The position numbers and the translations under genes are program-made. A model generated the notes under the pieces. That model was not told the DNA's origin, did not search any database, and was given only the letters and a program-made list of their open reading frames with translations. This document shows, piece by piece, positions 35,488 through 43,911 of a stretch of 64,000 nt of DNA; position 1 is the stretch's first letter, and every line of letters starts with the position of its first letter. Origin of the DNA: a virus; the IMG/VR virus record IMGVR_UViG_3300007735_000799, positions 55,267 to 119,266 of that record. One strand, written 5' to 3'.

Positions 35488-36975
35488 TTATCTATCACCT
35501 ATTGCTCCACCTGTGTCTAAAACTCCGTCTATAATACCAGGAATACTTCTAACCAAAGTTAAAATCCCACCAAGTGCTGAATCAAGAATATCCTTTAAAT
35601 CACATGGATCTAATGATGGTTCCTTTTTCCATCCACACGCACAGGTATGATTAGGAATCGGAATTCCTAATGAAGAAGTTATCGGTTTATCCTTACACTT
35701 TTCCCATTTATTATCATCAGGAGTTCTAGTTAATCCACAGGTTAGACAATTAAATTGTGGAGGACAATTTGGTTTCCAACCGTTTACTCCAGGCGTTGCT
35801 TCAACACTAGTATTCAAGTAATTTTCATTTATATTATCGTAATAAGTTGGAATATACTTGTTGCCCATTAAAAGAGTTAATCCAACTCCTTGAATACCAG
35901 AACCACTGCCACTACCGTTATCACAGCAACCTGATTTAAATATTGCTTCCATAGTGTCATAGTATAGGATTGCTGCGTTAGATCTGTCTATCTGTTCAAG
36001 ATCTCGAATTTTTGTTAATCTTTTTTCACAAGCGGCTGTAAAACATTGGTACAGTTTTGTATTAGCATATATCAATACTGATAAAGCGACCCAAGGAAGT
36101 AATCGTGCTAATCCCGCCGCCAAAGTACCAAGTAATGTTTTAATTTTTGAAAAAAATGTACTAATAAATACTTTCGCTTTGTTTAAAACTCCGGAAACTC
36201 CTGAAGTGCCACTTTTTGTGTACTGTTTAACTAGTCTTTCAATTTCTTGTGCTTCTCGCTCTAATTCGGCAGTTATATAGTTTAGCGGACGAAGTTGTTG
36301 TCTCAAATTTCGTAATTCAACGATCAATTCTTCTCTAAACTTAACGAGAACCCGGCGAACAAGCGGTCCTTCGGGCTTATGACCGTTACGACCAACCAAC
36401 TGACCTGTAATTTCTTCAATAGTGTCCTCTAGATATTCGATTCGATTTTTAAGTGCATCATTGAACTGTTGATTTGCTGCGGTTTGCTTTCCAATTGCTT
36501 CTTTATGTTTTGCTATTCTTGCCGTCAGCCAGGCTGGAATAGTAGCAGTAATTCCTGATTCTAATCCAGATTCAAGGATATATTCAAATGCTTCTGATAA
36601 TAAATTTATTCCTAGAAGTGCGCCATAAGTACGAGCCCAAGTTAAAAGACAATTCATAATATCGTCAACCCAGTTTTCATCCGCTTTATCAATTGAATAT
36701 TGTATTGATTCTAAATTTTTTTCAAACCCACAATAATTTTGATTAAATTTTTCTTGGCATTCTGTGGATATAGAGTCACTATCAATACCACTCATATTTT
36801 TTGTAAGAGAGTCTCTACTTTTTCCAACATAATTTGGCAGATTAAAAATGTCTATATGAGGATATTCCGCGCCTTTAAAATATACAGTAGACAACAACAT
36901 TCCACTTTCATAGTTTAATCCTGTGGGAATAGCATTTTGATATAAAAATAACTGAATTCTATTATTGATTATCAT
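35488..36975 (-). CDS. Paralog C of four-gene array
   Basis: Same N-terminal and core motifs. Confidence 0.8.
   Translation of the reverse strand: MIINNRIQLFLYQNAIPTGLNYESGMLLSTVYFKGAEYPHIDIFNLPNYVGKSRDSLTKNMSGIDSDSISTECQEKFNQNYCGFEKNLESIQYSIDKADENWVDDIMNCLLTWARTYGALLGINLLSEAFEYILESGLESGITATIPAWLTARIAKHKEAIGKQTAANQQFNDALKNRIEYLEDTIEEITGQLVGRNGHKPEGPLVRRVLVKFREELIVELRNLRQQLRPLNYITAELEREAQEIERLVKQYTKSGTSGVSGVLNKAKVFISTFFSKIKTLLGTLAAGLARLLPWVALSVLIYANTKLYQCFTAACEKRLTKIRDLEQIDRSNAAILYYDTMEAIFKSGCCDNGSGSGSGIQGVGLTLLMGNKYIPTYYDNINENYLNTSVEATPGVNGWKPNCPPQFNCLTCGLTRTPDDNKWEKCKDKPITSSLGIPIPNHTCACGWKKEPSLDPCDLKDILDSALGGILTLVRSIPGIIDGVLDTGGAIGDR
35827..35894. repeat. 68-nt identical block, copy C
   Basis: Identical to copy A. 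Confidence 0.95.
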
Positions 36976-37014
36976 GGTTGATCCTCCTGCAACTACTATA
37001 TCTGGAATTATTCA

Positions 37015-38754
37015 TTATTCTCCTCCTGTAACTACTATATCTGGAATTATTGTCCTGACATAATCAATAAGCCCTTGGTGAAGACTTTCAAATCCTTGAT
37101 AAAAAGTTGATACAAAATCGCAAGGACTAACGGCTGGCTTGTTTGGACGAGGCCAACCACAGGCACATGTGTGGTTTTGAACAGATACTACCGGACTATT
37201 TGGATCCGTTGTATTTCCCACAATAGTTACCACAGGATCAGTACAAATGCTCCATGTATTTTTATCATAAACCGTCCCCGACGAGGAGTTCGTTTCGTCT
37301 GCTACTTTGGTTTTACATCTAACGCAATTAGCAGAATAAGGTGAACCAGGCATAGGCGGGCAATTTGGCTTAAATTCGTATTTTCCTATCACCGATTCTT
37401 CATTCGTATTCAGGTAATTTTCATTTATATTATCGTAATAAGTTGGAATATACTTGTTGCCCATTAAAAGAGTTAATCCAACTCCTTGAACGCAAGAACC
37501 ACTGCCGCTACCGCTGTTTGATCCACCATTGCATCCTCCGCTACCTTTATCACAGCAGCCACTATTTAATATATTTTGAAGACTCTCATAATATTCCTTA
37601 GCGGCTTCTGCTCTTTGATTCTCTGCCGAACGAACCGTTCTTTCCCATTTTGCACATGCTTGTGATATTTGTTGTTTTAGATTTCCCAACCCTGCAATTA
37701 ATGCTGATACCGCATAAATTCCAGCAGCAACAATAATAACACTCAATGCTATCAAAGTTAATTTTAATGCTATAATAAACGCTCCAACTGCTGCTCCAAG
37801 TAAAGAAAAAAGTTTAAGCCATTCCTCCGCTGTTGGAAGATAAACAGACCCTCGTCTCCAAAAATTTTCTCCGGCAAAATAAGTGTCGCTCTTCCTAGCC
37901 ATCAGTGTTTTAATAAGAAGATTTATAGTATTTCTAAAATCTGCCGTAATCGACCCTATTGTTCCAGGACCACCGAACAACTGTGGATTATTTTTTACTA
38001 TACTTAAAAGTTCAGCAGCGGTTCCTCTTATAGTATCTCTCATTATATTCAGTGTTGCTCCAAGTCTGTTTGCTTGAGCGCGCAATATTTTAAGTTCTTT
38101 ATCAATATCAAAGAGGACACTTTGCTGGCTCATCTGTCTTCGAACTGCTTCCAATTGAGCAATTCTCTTTCTTGTTTTCATAAATTCAGCGTTTGTCTTT
38201 TGAAATTGTATATCTAAGTTCAACAAGTCTTCCAAATATTCTTGGGCTTGTTGAAATATTGGATCATCTCCTTGAAAACCACCCGCAAATCCTACTGCGA
38301 GTATATAATTCGGATCAGTTTTAATATCAAAACCGTCTTCGCCGACTGGAGTAGTTCCAGCAAGAGAATTTATAAAATTTAAATATAATTCTGGAAGTGG
38401 AAATATATCTCTTAAAATGCCAACCCAATCTACCAATGCACCGCTAATATCCTTAACAAATGTATCTCTTGCGTCTATGATTTTTTTGTTTATACCAGCC
38501 AATTTATATTCAAAATTGCAATAAGTGTTTTCGAAGTCATTCAAACATGCTTGAGATACCTCGTCAGGATTGCTAGTCAGCATTTGTGTTAAAGAATCTT
38601 TTGATTTACCAACATAACTAGGCAGTTCAGGTGGTAAAAATGGGTACTCTGCTCCCTCGTGATACACCAAAGACCGCAACATCGCTGTTTCATAATTTAA
38701 CCCTTTTGGGTGATTATTGGTGTAAATAAAGTGTTGAATTCTGTTAAATTGCAT
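37015..38754 (-). CDS. Paralog D of four-gene array
   Basis: Same motifs; CTAAATA upstream (about 38791-38797). Confidence 0.8.
   Translation of the reverse strand: MQFNRIQHFIYTNNHPKGLNYETAMLRSLVYHEGAEYPFLPPELPSYVGKSKDSLTQMLTSNPDEVSQACLNDFENTYCNFEYKLAGINKKIIDARDTFVKDISGALVDWVGILRDIFPLPELYLNFINSLAGTTPVGEDGFDIKTDPNYILAVGFAGGFQGDDPIFQQAQEYLEDLLNLDIQFQKTNAEFMKTRKRIAQLEAVRRQMSQQSVLFDIDKELKILRAQANRLGATLNIMRDTIRGTAAELLSIVKNNPQLFGGPGTIGSITADFRNTINLLIKTLMARKSDTYFAGENFWRRGSVYLPTAEEWLKLFSLLGAAVGAFIIALKLTLIALSVIIVAAGIYAVSALIAGLGNLKQQISQACAKWERTVRSAENQRAEAAKEYYESLQNILNSGCCDKGSGGCNGGSNSGSGSGSCVQGVGLTLLMGNKYIPTYYDNINENYLNTNEESVIGKYEFKPNCPPMPGSPYSANCVRCKTKVADETNSSSGTVYDKNTWSICTDPVVTIVGNTTDPNSPVVSVQNHTCACGWPRPNKPAVSPCDFVSTFYQGFESLHQGLIDYVRTIIPDIVVTGGE
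37423..37490. repeat. 68-nt identical block, copy D
   Basis: Identical to copy A. Confidence 0.95.
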
Positions 38755-38815
38755 TTGTCCCCCAATTGATTTTAATTTTTTTACTGTTAATATTTAGGTT
38801 TTTGCCTATATTGTG

Positions 38816-39916
38816 CTATTCGGTAATTTCAGCAGACTCTTTAATTGATTTCATACCAGCAATAATCATTGCTTTTGTTTGCTTATCGTAGGAATTTATG
38901 ATTTCTTTAATTCTTTCAACAGCGTCAGCAGCGTTCATTTTACGAATCTTTGCGTCAATCTCAGCCTGCTTTGGGTCAACAGCCTCTTCAACTTCTTCTT
39001 TCTTAACAGGCTTGCTTGGCTTGCCGGTAATCTTGTAAAGAGTATCACCTTCGCCGTGTTGAACGGAAATCTTGTAGCCTTGCTGGCGAAGAGCGTTCAA
39101 GTCAACCTTGGTTTTCTTTAAAGACTTCCACTCGGCTTCGGTAACAACCTCTTCCTTCTGAATCTTTTCCTTGGTAACAAAGATGCTTGCAGGCTCGCCT
39201 ACATCAACCACATACCCACCGCCGTGCTGCTGTGCCTTGCTTGTGCCACCGTCATCGTAGCGAATAATCCTGCCAGACACCATCTTGCCCTTGTGAGGAA
39301 CCTTTACCTTGTCGCCGTCTTTAAACGCTTCAGCAATCTGAACATCTTCACCCATCATTGAGCCTTTAGGACTCATGCTACGCACAATGTCAACTCCCGA
39401 GAAGCCTAGACCCTTGCCGTAATTGAATCCACCGCTAATTGCACCATCGTAAGCACCGCCAACCTGAACTGAATTGCTTGGAAACTGCTTTCTAACAGCA
39501 TCGTATACACTCTTGCCGAAACGATCTAGCAGTTCTTTGTTGCTGGCAATTATATTGCCAGTATCAACGGTTATGCCTTCAAAACCACCGTGAAACAATC
39601 CTGAAGTGTCTTTAGGCGTCATATACCGAACATCAAAACGACTTTGAGCCACAATCTTGTATTGTTTGCCAGCGTCGTTCAGCACCTTCTTAAAGAAATT
39701 TACAAGTTCAGGTGAAGCACTCTTGCCGTAGACACGAAGCATAAACCCGCTAACCGCAAACTTAACATCACCGTCTTCGTCTGCACTCATGGCTTTCAAG
39801 AGTTCCATGTTGTAGTTAAAAGGTGCAACTGTGCCTAGTTGCTTGGCTTCAGCAATAGGCTGTGGGTTAACAATCTGATTTGCGGCTTCGGCTAGTCTTT
39901 TGGCGGTTCCTGACAT
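38816..39916 (-). CDS. Candidate multi-module internal head/core protein
   Basis: Repeated LAEA, IAEA, IAEA, VTEA, VEEA junctions; SH3/Tudor-like GDKVKVPHKGKMVSG module. Confidence 0.65.
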   Translation of the reverse strand: MSGTAKRLAEAANQIVNPQPIAEAKQLGTVAPFNYNMELLKAMSADEDGDVKFAVSGFMLRVYGKSASPELVNFFKKVLNDAGKQYKIVAQSRFDVRYMTPKDTSGLFHGGFEGITVDTGNIIASNKELLDRFGKSVYDAVRKQFPSNSVQVGGAYDGAISGGFNYGKGLGFSGVDIVRSMSPKGSMMGEDVQIAEAFKDGDKVKVPHKGKMVSGRIIRYDDGGTSKAQQHGGGYVVDVGEPASIFVTKEKIQKEEVVTEAEWKSLKKTKVDLNALRQQGYKISVQHGEGDTLYKITGKPSKPVKKEEVEEAVDPKQAEIDAKIRKMNAADAVERIKEIINSYDKQTKAMIIAGMKSIKESAEITE

Positions 39917-39942
39917 GGGTATATCTCCTGTTAATCTTATAT

Positions 39943-40905
39943 TTAGGTGTTTAAGAGTGCTTCCATCGGTATGCCACCTGGAGCATCCGACCCGAAATCG
40001 TATAGGATATAGGTGGCTGTTATAGGTTGAGCGGATATCCGAACTGTTTCTCGCTCACGAGTATTTTTAGTAGACAGTTTCAGAGTCAACTTGATTTTGT
40101 CGCTAGCATCAGGATTAAACAAGAATTCTTTATCGTTGGTGCGATACTCTATGGTTACAGGCAGCACGGTATCTGTCACGGTTGCTCCGGCTCCTGATTT
40201 AATTCCTCGTTTCAACAACTCTACAAACTTGGCTCTTTCTACAGGTTCGTCGCCAGGATACTGTGGTTTATCAAACGGCAAGGCTCCTAGTTTAAGGGCT
40301 TTTTTAATTTGACTTTCCAAGTCTTCAGAACGCATTTTAGCAAACTCTAAAGCCTTTTGATAGTTGTAACTCCAAGACTGTAGGGGATACTGACTTTTGT
40401 ATGGAGCAGTGCAAACCCAAGATTTGCCTTGTTGTTTCCACTTACCTAACTTGTTTAGTTCTGCCAACGACATGGCTTTGCCACGGTATATCAGTTGTCC
40501 TGCTTTAGGCAGCATCCACGATGATTTGTTTTGACAGTTAATCAAGTCACGGAAAAACGGGTACACTTGCTGCTTCTGCTCAGGAGTGGCAGTCATAAGA
40601 CGATCACCAAAAAAGTCTTCTAGGTTTCGTCTAACATTATTGGTGTAATGCAGCAACTGTAGGATTTGAAAATTGTCTATTTGCTTCAACAGTTCATCGG
40701 TATTACCAAACTCAAATAGTCTTGGTGCTCCACGAACTTCACCACCAAAACCTTTCAGCAAGGCTAGAGCATCGTCTAGTGTTAAAGAAGCAAACACGCA
40801 CGGCGAAATAGGCGCACCTGATTTCAAGTATGGAATAACCTTTTCCAACACTCGGTTGGTTTGTGCAACAGACGCGGCTTCGTTGAATACTTGAAAGTCT
40901 TTCAT
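39943..40905 (-). CDS. ADP-ribosyltransferase paralog 5
   Basis: IYRG, YKSQYPLQSWS...ALEF, RERETVR; MKDFQVFNEAA. Confidence 0.72.
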   Translation of the reverse strand: MKDFQVFNEAASVAQTNRVLEKVIPYLKSGAPISPCVFASLTLDDALALLKGFGGEVRGAPRLFEFGNTDELLKQIDNFQILQLLHYTNNVRRNLEDFFGDRLMTATPEQKQQVYPFFRDLINCQNKSSWMLPKAGQLIYRGKAMSLAELNKLGKWKQQGKSWVCTAPYKSQYPLQSWSYNYQKALEFAKMRSEDLESQIKKALKLGALPFDKPQYPGDEPVERAKFVELLKRGIKSGAGATVTDTVLPVTIEYRTNDKEFLFNPDASDKIKLTLKLSTKNTRERETVRISAQPITATYILYDFGSDAPGGIPMEALLNT

Positions 40906-41402
40906 TTCTTTACTATGGTAAACAATTCTCTGGTGTTTGGAAAGTTAATGTTAACTGTAGGCATTTCTTTTCTGCCTTCTAGTTTGTATCCGTGTGCTTC
41001 AGCGTATCGTTTAATCAAAGCCATGTAGAGTTTAACGCGAGAACCACTGGTATACGACAAGGTTGTAGCATTTATCTCACTCTTGGCTGCAATGAAACTT
41101 ATATCTTGCGGCTTATACTTTTGTAGGAATCGTTTGAATCCGTCTAATACTGAAGCAAATACTTGAGCGGCTTTTCCTTCGCCTGTTAAAGCGGTTGAAC
41201 CGTTTCGTGAAAAAGTGCAATCCCATGAATCAGGTGTAGGAGTTGATAGTCGGGCAAAATACACAACAACAAACTGCTCTTTGCCGTTTTCCATCCACTT
41301 GTAAGAATACTTGGCTTCATCCGTTCCTTCTCTTTGCAAATGGATGGGAAACGGTTTGTCAAACAGTTCAGTAAGATGTGTCTTGAATGATTTCACAGCC
41401 AA
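40902..41402 (-). CDS. Candidate internal head protein (paralog of 17768..18487)
   Basis: VKSFKTHLTELFDKPFP; TGEGKAAQVFASV...SRVKLY. Confidence 0.65.
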   Translation of the reverse strand: MAVKSFKTHLTELFDKPFPIHLQREGTDEAKYSYKWMENGKEQFVVVYFARLSTPTPDSWDCTFSRNGSTALTGEGKAAQVFASVLDGFKRFLQKYKPQDISFIAAKSEINATTLSYTSGSRVKLYMALIKRYAEAHGYKLEGRKEMPTVNINFPNTRELFTIVKK

Positions 41403-42301
41403 CTTTGTTTCTTTAATAGGGTTTTGAATTTAGGATGATTTGCAATCTGTTTAGCAGCAGTTGTTCCTAGTATTGTAGCCAATCGCTTTTCCGCATATTC
41501 TGTCACCAGTCTGATTTGTTCTTTTTCTGAATCTATGTTTTCTAGTTTTTTCAGATAGTCTCTGCTCATAGTCTGCATTTCTTGTTCAACAAAATTGTCT
41601 AATTGCACATACATCTTTACTGGCGTTGGAACATTGCTTACTCGTATAATTTCATCTTCGCCGTATGAACCTAAAGTGTTGGAAATCTCGGGCGACAAAA
41701 AAGTGTTTTGTTTAGTTACATTGGTTTCCATAATCACGCCTATGCCACCAGCACTTGAACCGTATTGGTCGGATGTGAAACTCATAGACACTTCAAAATC
41801 TTTAGCCCATGATTGTGCCGCGTATTTGCTTTTGTAAACTCCGTTGGCTACAGCAAAAAATGCATCTTTCTTTTCCACAACCTCGCCTGTGAATTTCAAG
41901 CCTTTAATCCAATCGCGGGACTTGAACAAACCACGATAAACTTTGCCTGAGTAACCTGCCCATGCTGCTTTACCAGAACACGATGCCATCTTTACAATCT
42001 TAGGCATGAACGGTGCTTTTGCCCCACCTTGTGATTCAAACCAAGAATTCATTGCAAAAATGTATTCTATCAATTGCTTGTATGCTGCTTGTTTGTCGGG
42101 AGTAAAAGTTTGATTTAAGGCTTTTGCCATTAACTGATATAGTTTATTGATACTTGTTTTACGAGCATCATAATATCCCTCTGTGCCGTTACCAACAGCA
42201 GTATACAAATCTATAAGACGGTCTGGTGACGAGTCCGACATTAGTTCACAAATGGTGGGAACGCCAGCGGCTTCGGTAAGATGTGTCTTGAATGATTTCA
42301 C
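41393..42301 (-). CDS. ADP-ribosyltransferase paralog 6
   Basis: VYRG, YKSKYAAQSWA...SMSF, GEDEIIR; MKSFKTHLTEAA. Confidence 0.75.
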   Translation of the reverse strand: MKSFKTHLTEAAGVPTICELMSDSSPDRLIDLYTAVGNGTEGYYDARKTSINKLYQLMAKALNQTFTPDKQAAYKQLIEYIFAMNSWFESQGGAKAPFMPKIVKMASCSGKAAWAGYSGKVYRGLFKSRDWIKGLKFTGEVVEKKDAFFAVANGVYKSKYAAQSWAKDFEVSMSFTSDQYGSSAGGIGVIMETNVTKQNTFLSPEISNTLGSYGEDEIIRVSNVPTPVKMYVQLDNFVEQEMQTMSRDYLKKLENIDSEKEQIRLVTEYAEKRLATILGTTAAKQIANHPKFKTLLKKQSWL

Positions 42302-42426
42302 TTGCTCTTTTTCTTTCTGCCTTGGCAGTGTGCTCGCTGTGAAAATCCTTTAGGATTAGAGCAATTGATGCTTTGCTTGTATTTCCGCGACCACTTTTCC
42401 GAGATGTAACGCTTAAATGATTTCAT
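42298..42426 (-). CDS. 42-aa basic Cys/His mini-protein with capsid-targeting-like N-terminus (not in ORF track)
   Basis: MKSFKRYISEKWSRKYKQSINCSNPKGFSQRAHCQGRKKKSK, translated by hand; coupled on both sides. Confidence 0.75.
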   Translation of the reverse strand: MKSFKRYISEKWSRKYKQSINCSNPKGFSQRAHCQGRKKKSK

Positions 42427-42836
42427 ACAGAGGTTGCATTTCTTTTAATTTTGCCGTGTAGTTGACGAGAGAACAAGTTGGAACGATAGTCAAGGGGTTT
42501 GCCTGTTACCTTGTTTCTTAACGCCCAATCTCCTCCTGTGATTCTAGACAGAACAAGGTCTCTAATCTCCACAACATCTCCAACACGAAGTGGAGGTAGT
42601 TCTTCCTGTCGTTCGCTCTTGCCGATATATCCCATCAACATCCAACCCTCACTTGTTTTTATACGAACACGCCATCTCCAAAATTTAGTTTTATTCTTGT
42701 AGTTCTTGGTGGTTGTTTCATACACAGCCACAGCACTCACAACATTTCCGCTAATGTTAAAACGACTGATAAAATACTCACCACGGGGTTTAGGAGCCTC
42801 ATGCTGTTCTGCAAGATGTGTGGTGAATGATTTCAT
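42423..42836 (-). CDS. Candidate internal head protein
   Basis: MKSFTTHLAEQ N-terminus; possible OB-like beta content. Confidence 0.6.
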   Translation of the reverse strand: MKSFTTHLAEQHEAPKPRGEYFISRFNISGNVVSAVAVYETTTKNYKNKTKFWRWRVRIKTSEGWMLMGYIGKSERQEELPPLRVGDVVEIRDLVLSRITGGDWALRNKVTGKPLDYRSNLFSRQLHGKIKRNATSV

Positions 42837-43180
42837 GTGCTAGTGCGATTGTAATCGTCCTCTATTCGGAAAATGTCAGATTCATCAAAAGATTCGCCCA
42901 ACTGAACTTCAACAAAAATCAAGTTTCCCTTGCCAGTATTCTTGATGCGATGTGAGTCTCCTAAACCAATACTTAAAATATCACCTGCTTGCACCACACG
43001 CTCCACACCATTCAAAGTGAATACTCCTTCACCCTCCACAATTGTCCAACGCTCACTACGGCGTTTGTGATACTGGTAACTTAAGCGTTGACCAGGATAC
43101 ACGGTGATTTGCTTCACCTTCATGTTGTGGGTCTCATACAAAATTGTAAAATTGCCCCAAGGACGCTCTTCTGTATACAT
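42833..43180 (-). CDS. Mannose-6-phosphate isomerase type II-like cupin
   Basis: RPWG...VKQITVYPGQRLSYQYHKRRSERW...EVQLG. Confidence 0.85.
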   Translation of the reverse strand: MYTEERPWGNFTILYETHNMKVKQITVYPGQRLSYQYHKRRSERWTIVEGEGVFTLNGVERVVQAGDILSIGLGDSHRIKNTGKGNLIFVEVQLGESFDESDIFRIEDDYNRTST

Positions 43181-43198
43181 GATGAATCTCCGTTTGAA

Positions 43199-43236
43199 TA
43201 TTTAGGAAAAAGAAACAACCCTGTTGCCAGGGTTGT
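43199..43236 (-). terminator. Terminator followed by late promoter box
   Basis: ACAACCCUG-GCAA-CAGGGUUGU followed by U tract, then CTAAATA at 43199-43205. Confidence 0.7.
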
Positions 43237-43273
43237 CGGACCAGAGATGCTATCTTTGGTGGGGTCTGTCTAT

Positions 43274-43564
43274 TTAGTCTGTGGTGATTTGCAGGCGAAC
43301 TAGAAATTCCTTGCCAGTAACTTTGGGTAGCCACTCTAAATTTTTAATAATTTTGTTGTCAGCACCCGCAACTTCCACCACAAGACTCAAAGGTAGTCCT
43401 GTTTCAAGATATGGGCCACCTTCAAAGTCTGCCATTTTCCACCCATTGCCGTCATCCGAGCCACGCACATACAGACTCTCGCCTTCAAGAATCCAAGTGT
43501 GCTCGTCAATCTTGTGAACGGTTCGCATCTGACCGTATCGGGATTTAAAAGTTTCAACAATCAC
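43274..43564 (-). CDS. Hypothetical protein
   Basis: 96-aa ORF, coupled; DFEGGPY motif. Confidence 0.6.
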   Translation of the reverse strand: MIVETFKSRYGQMRTVHKIDEHTWILEGESLYVRGSDDGNGWKMADFEGGPYLETGLPLSLVVEVAGADNKIIKNLEWLPKVTGKEFLVRLQITTD

Positions 43565-43911
43565 AGTCCAATCTCCTCGTCAAGTTGGCTCAGTTTATCA
43601 AGTGCTTCGTTGGCAGTTCCCCAACGCTTACGCCAAGCCTTCCATCGGGTAAATGCCGCGTTAAGATAAGCGTTAGGTGGATTCTCCATTGCTTCAAACA
43701 CACGCTTGGCATCTTCAGGAGACATAGCGTTTAGTTTCCACTCTAGTTCCACAGAACTCATCTGATGAACAGGCAGTTTCAAGAATTCTTTAACAGGGTC
43801 AAACGGTTCACTCATCCCCAAACTCGCTTTCTGATTTCCGCAAGGGAAATCGGTGTGTAGTTGATACGCTCCACGCATACCGAGAAGTATCGTGGGTCTT
43901 CGGTTTGACAC
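43561..43911 (-). CDS. Hypothetical protein (true start probably nearer 43812)
   Basis: ORF overlaps the phosphoesterase; internal MSEP start likely. Confidence 0.45.
   Translation of the reverse strand: MSNRRPTILLGMRGAYQLHTDFPCGNQKASLGMSEPFDPVKEFLKLPVHQMSSVELEWKLNAMSPEDAKRVFEAMENPPNAYLNAAFTRWKAWRKRWGTANEALDKLSQLDEEIGL

Noticed and set aside
32114-38754. Diversity-generating retroelement or CRISPR interpretation of the 68-nt repeats
   Set aside because: Copies are identical rather than A-mutated, lie about 1.6 kb apart inside ORFs, and no reverse transcriptase or cas gene is visible in the window
42833-43180. Cupin as evidence of a sugar-biosynthesis cluster
   Set aside because: Stand-alone cupin common in phages; no neighbouring nucleotide-sugar genes
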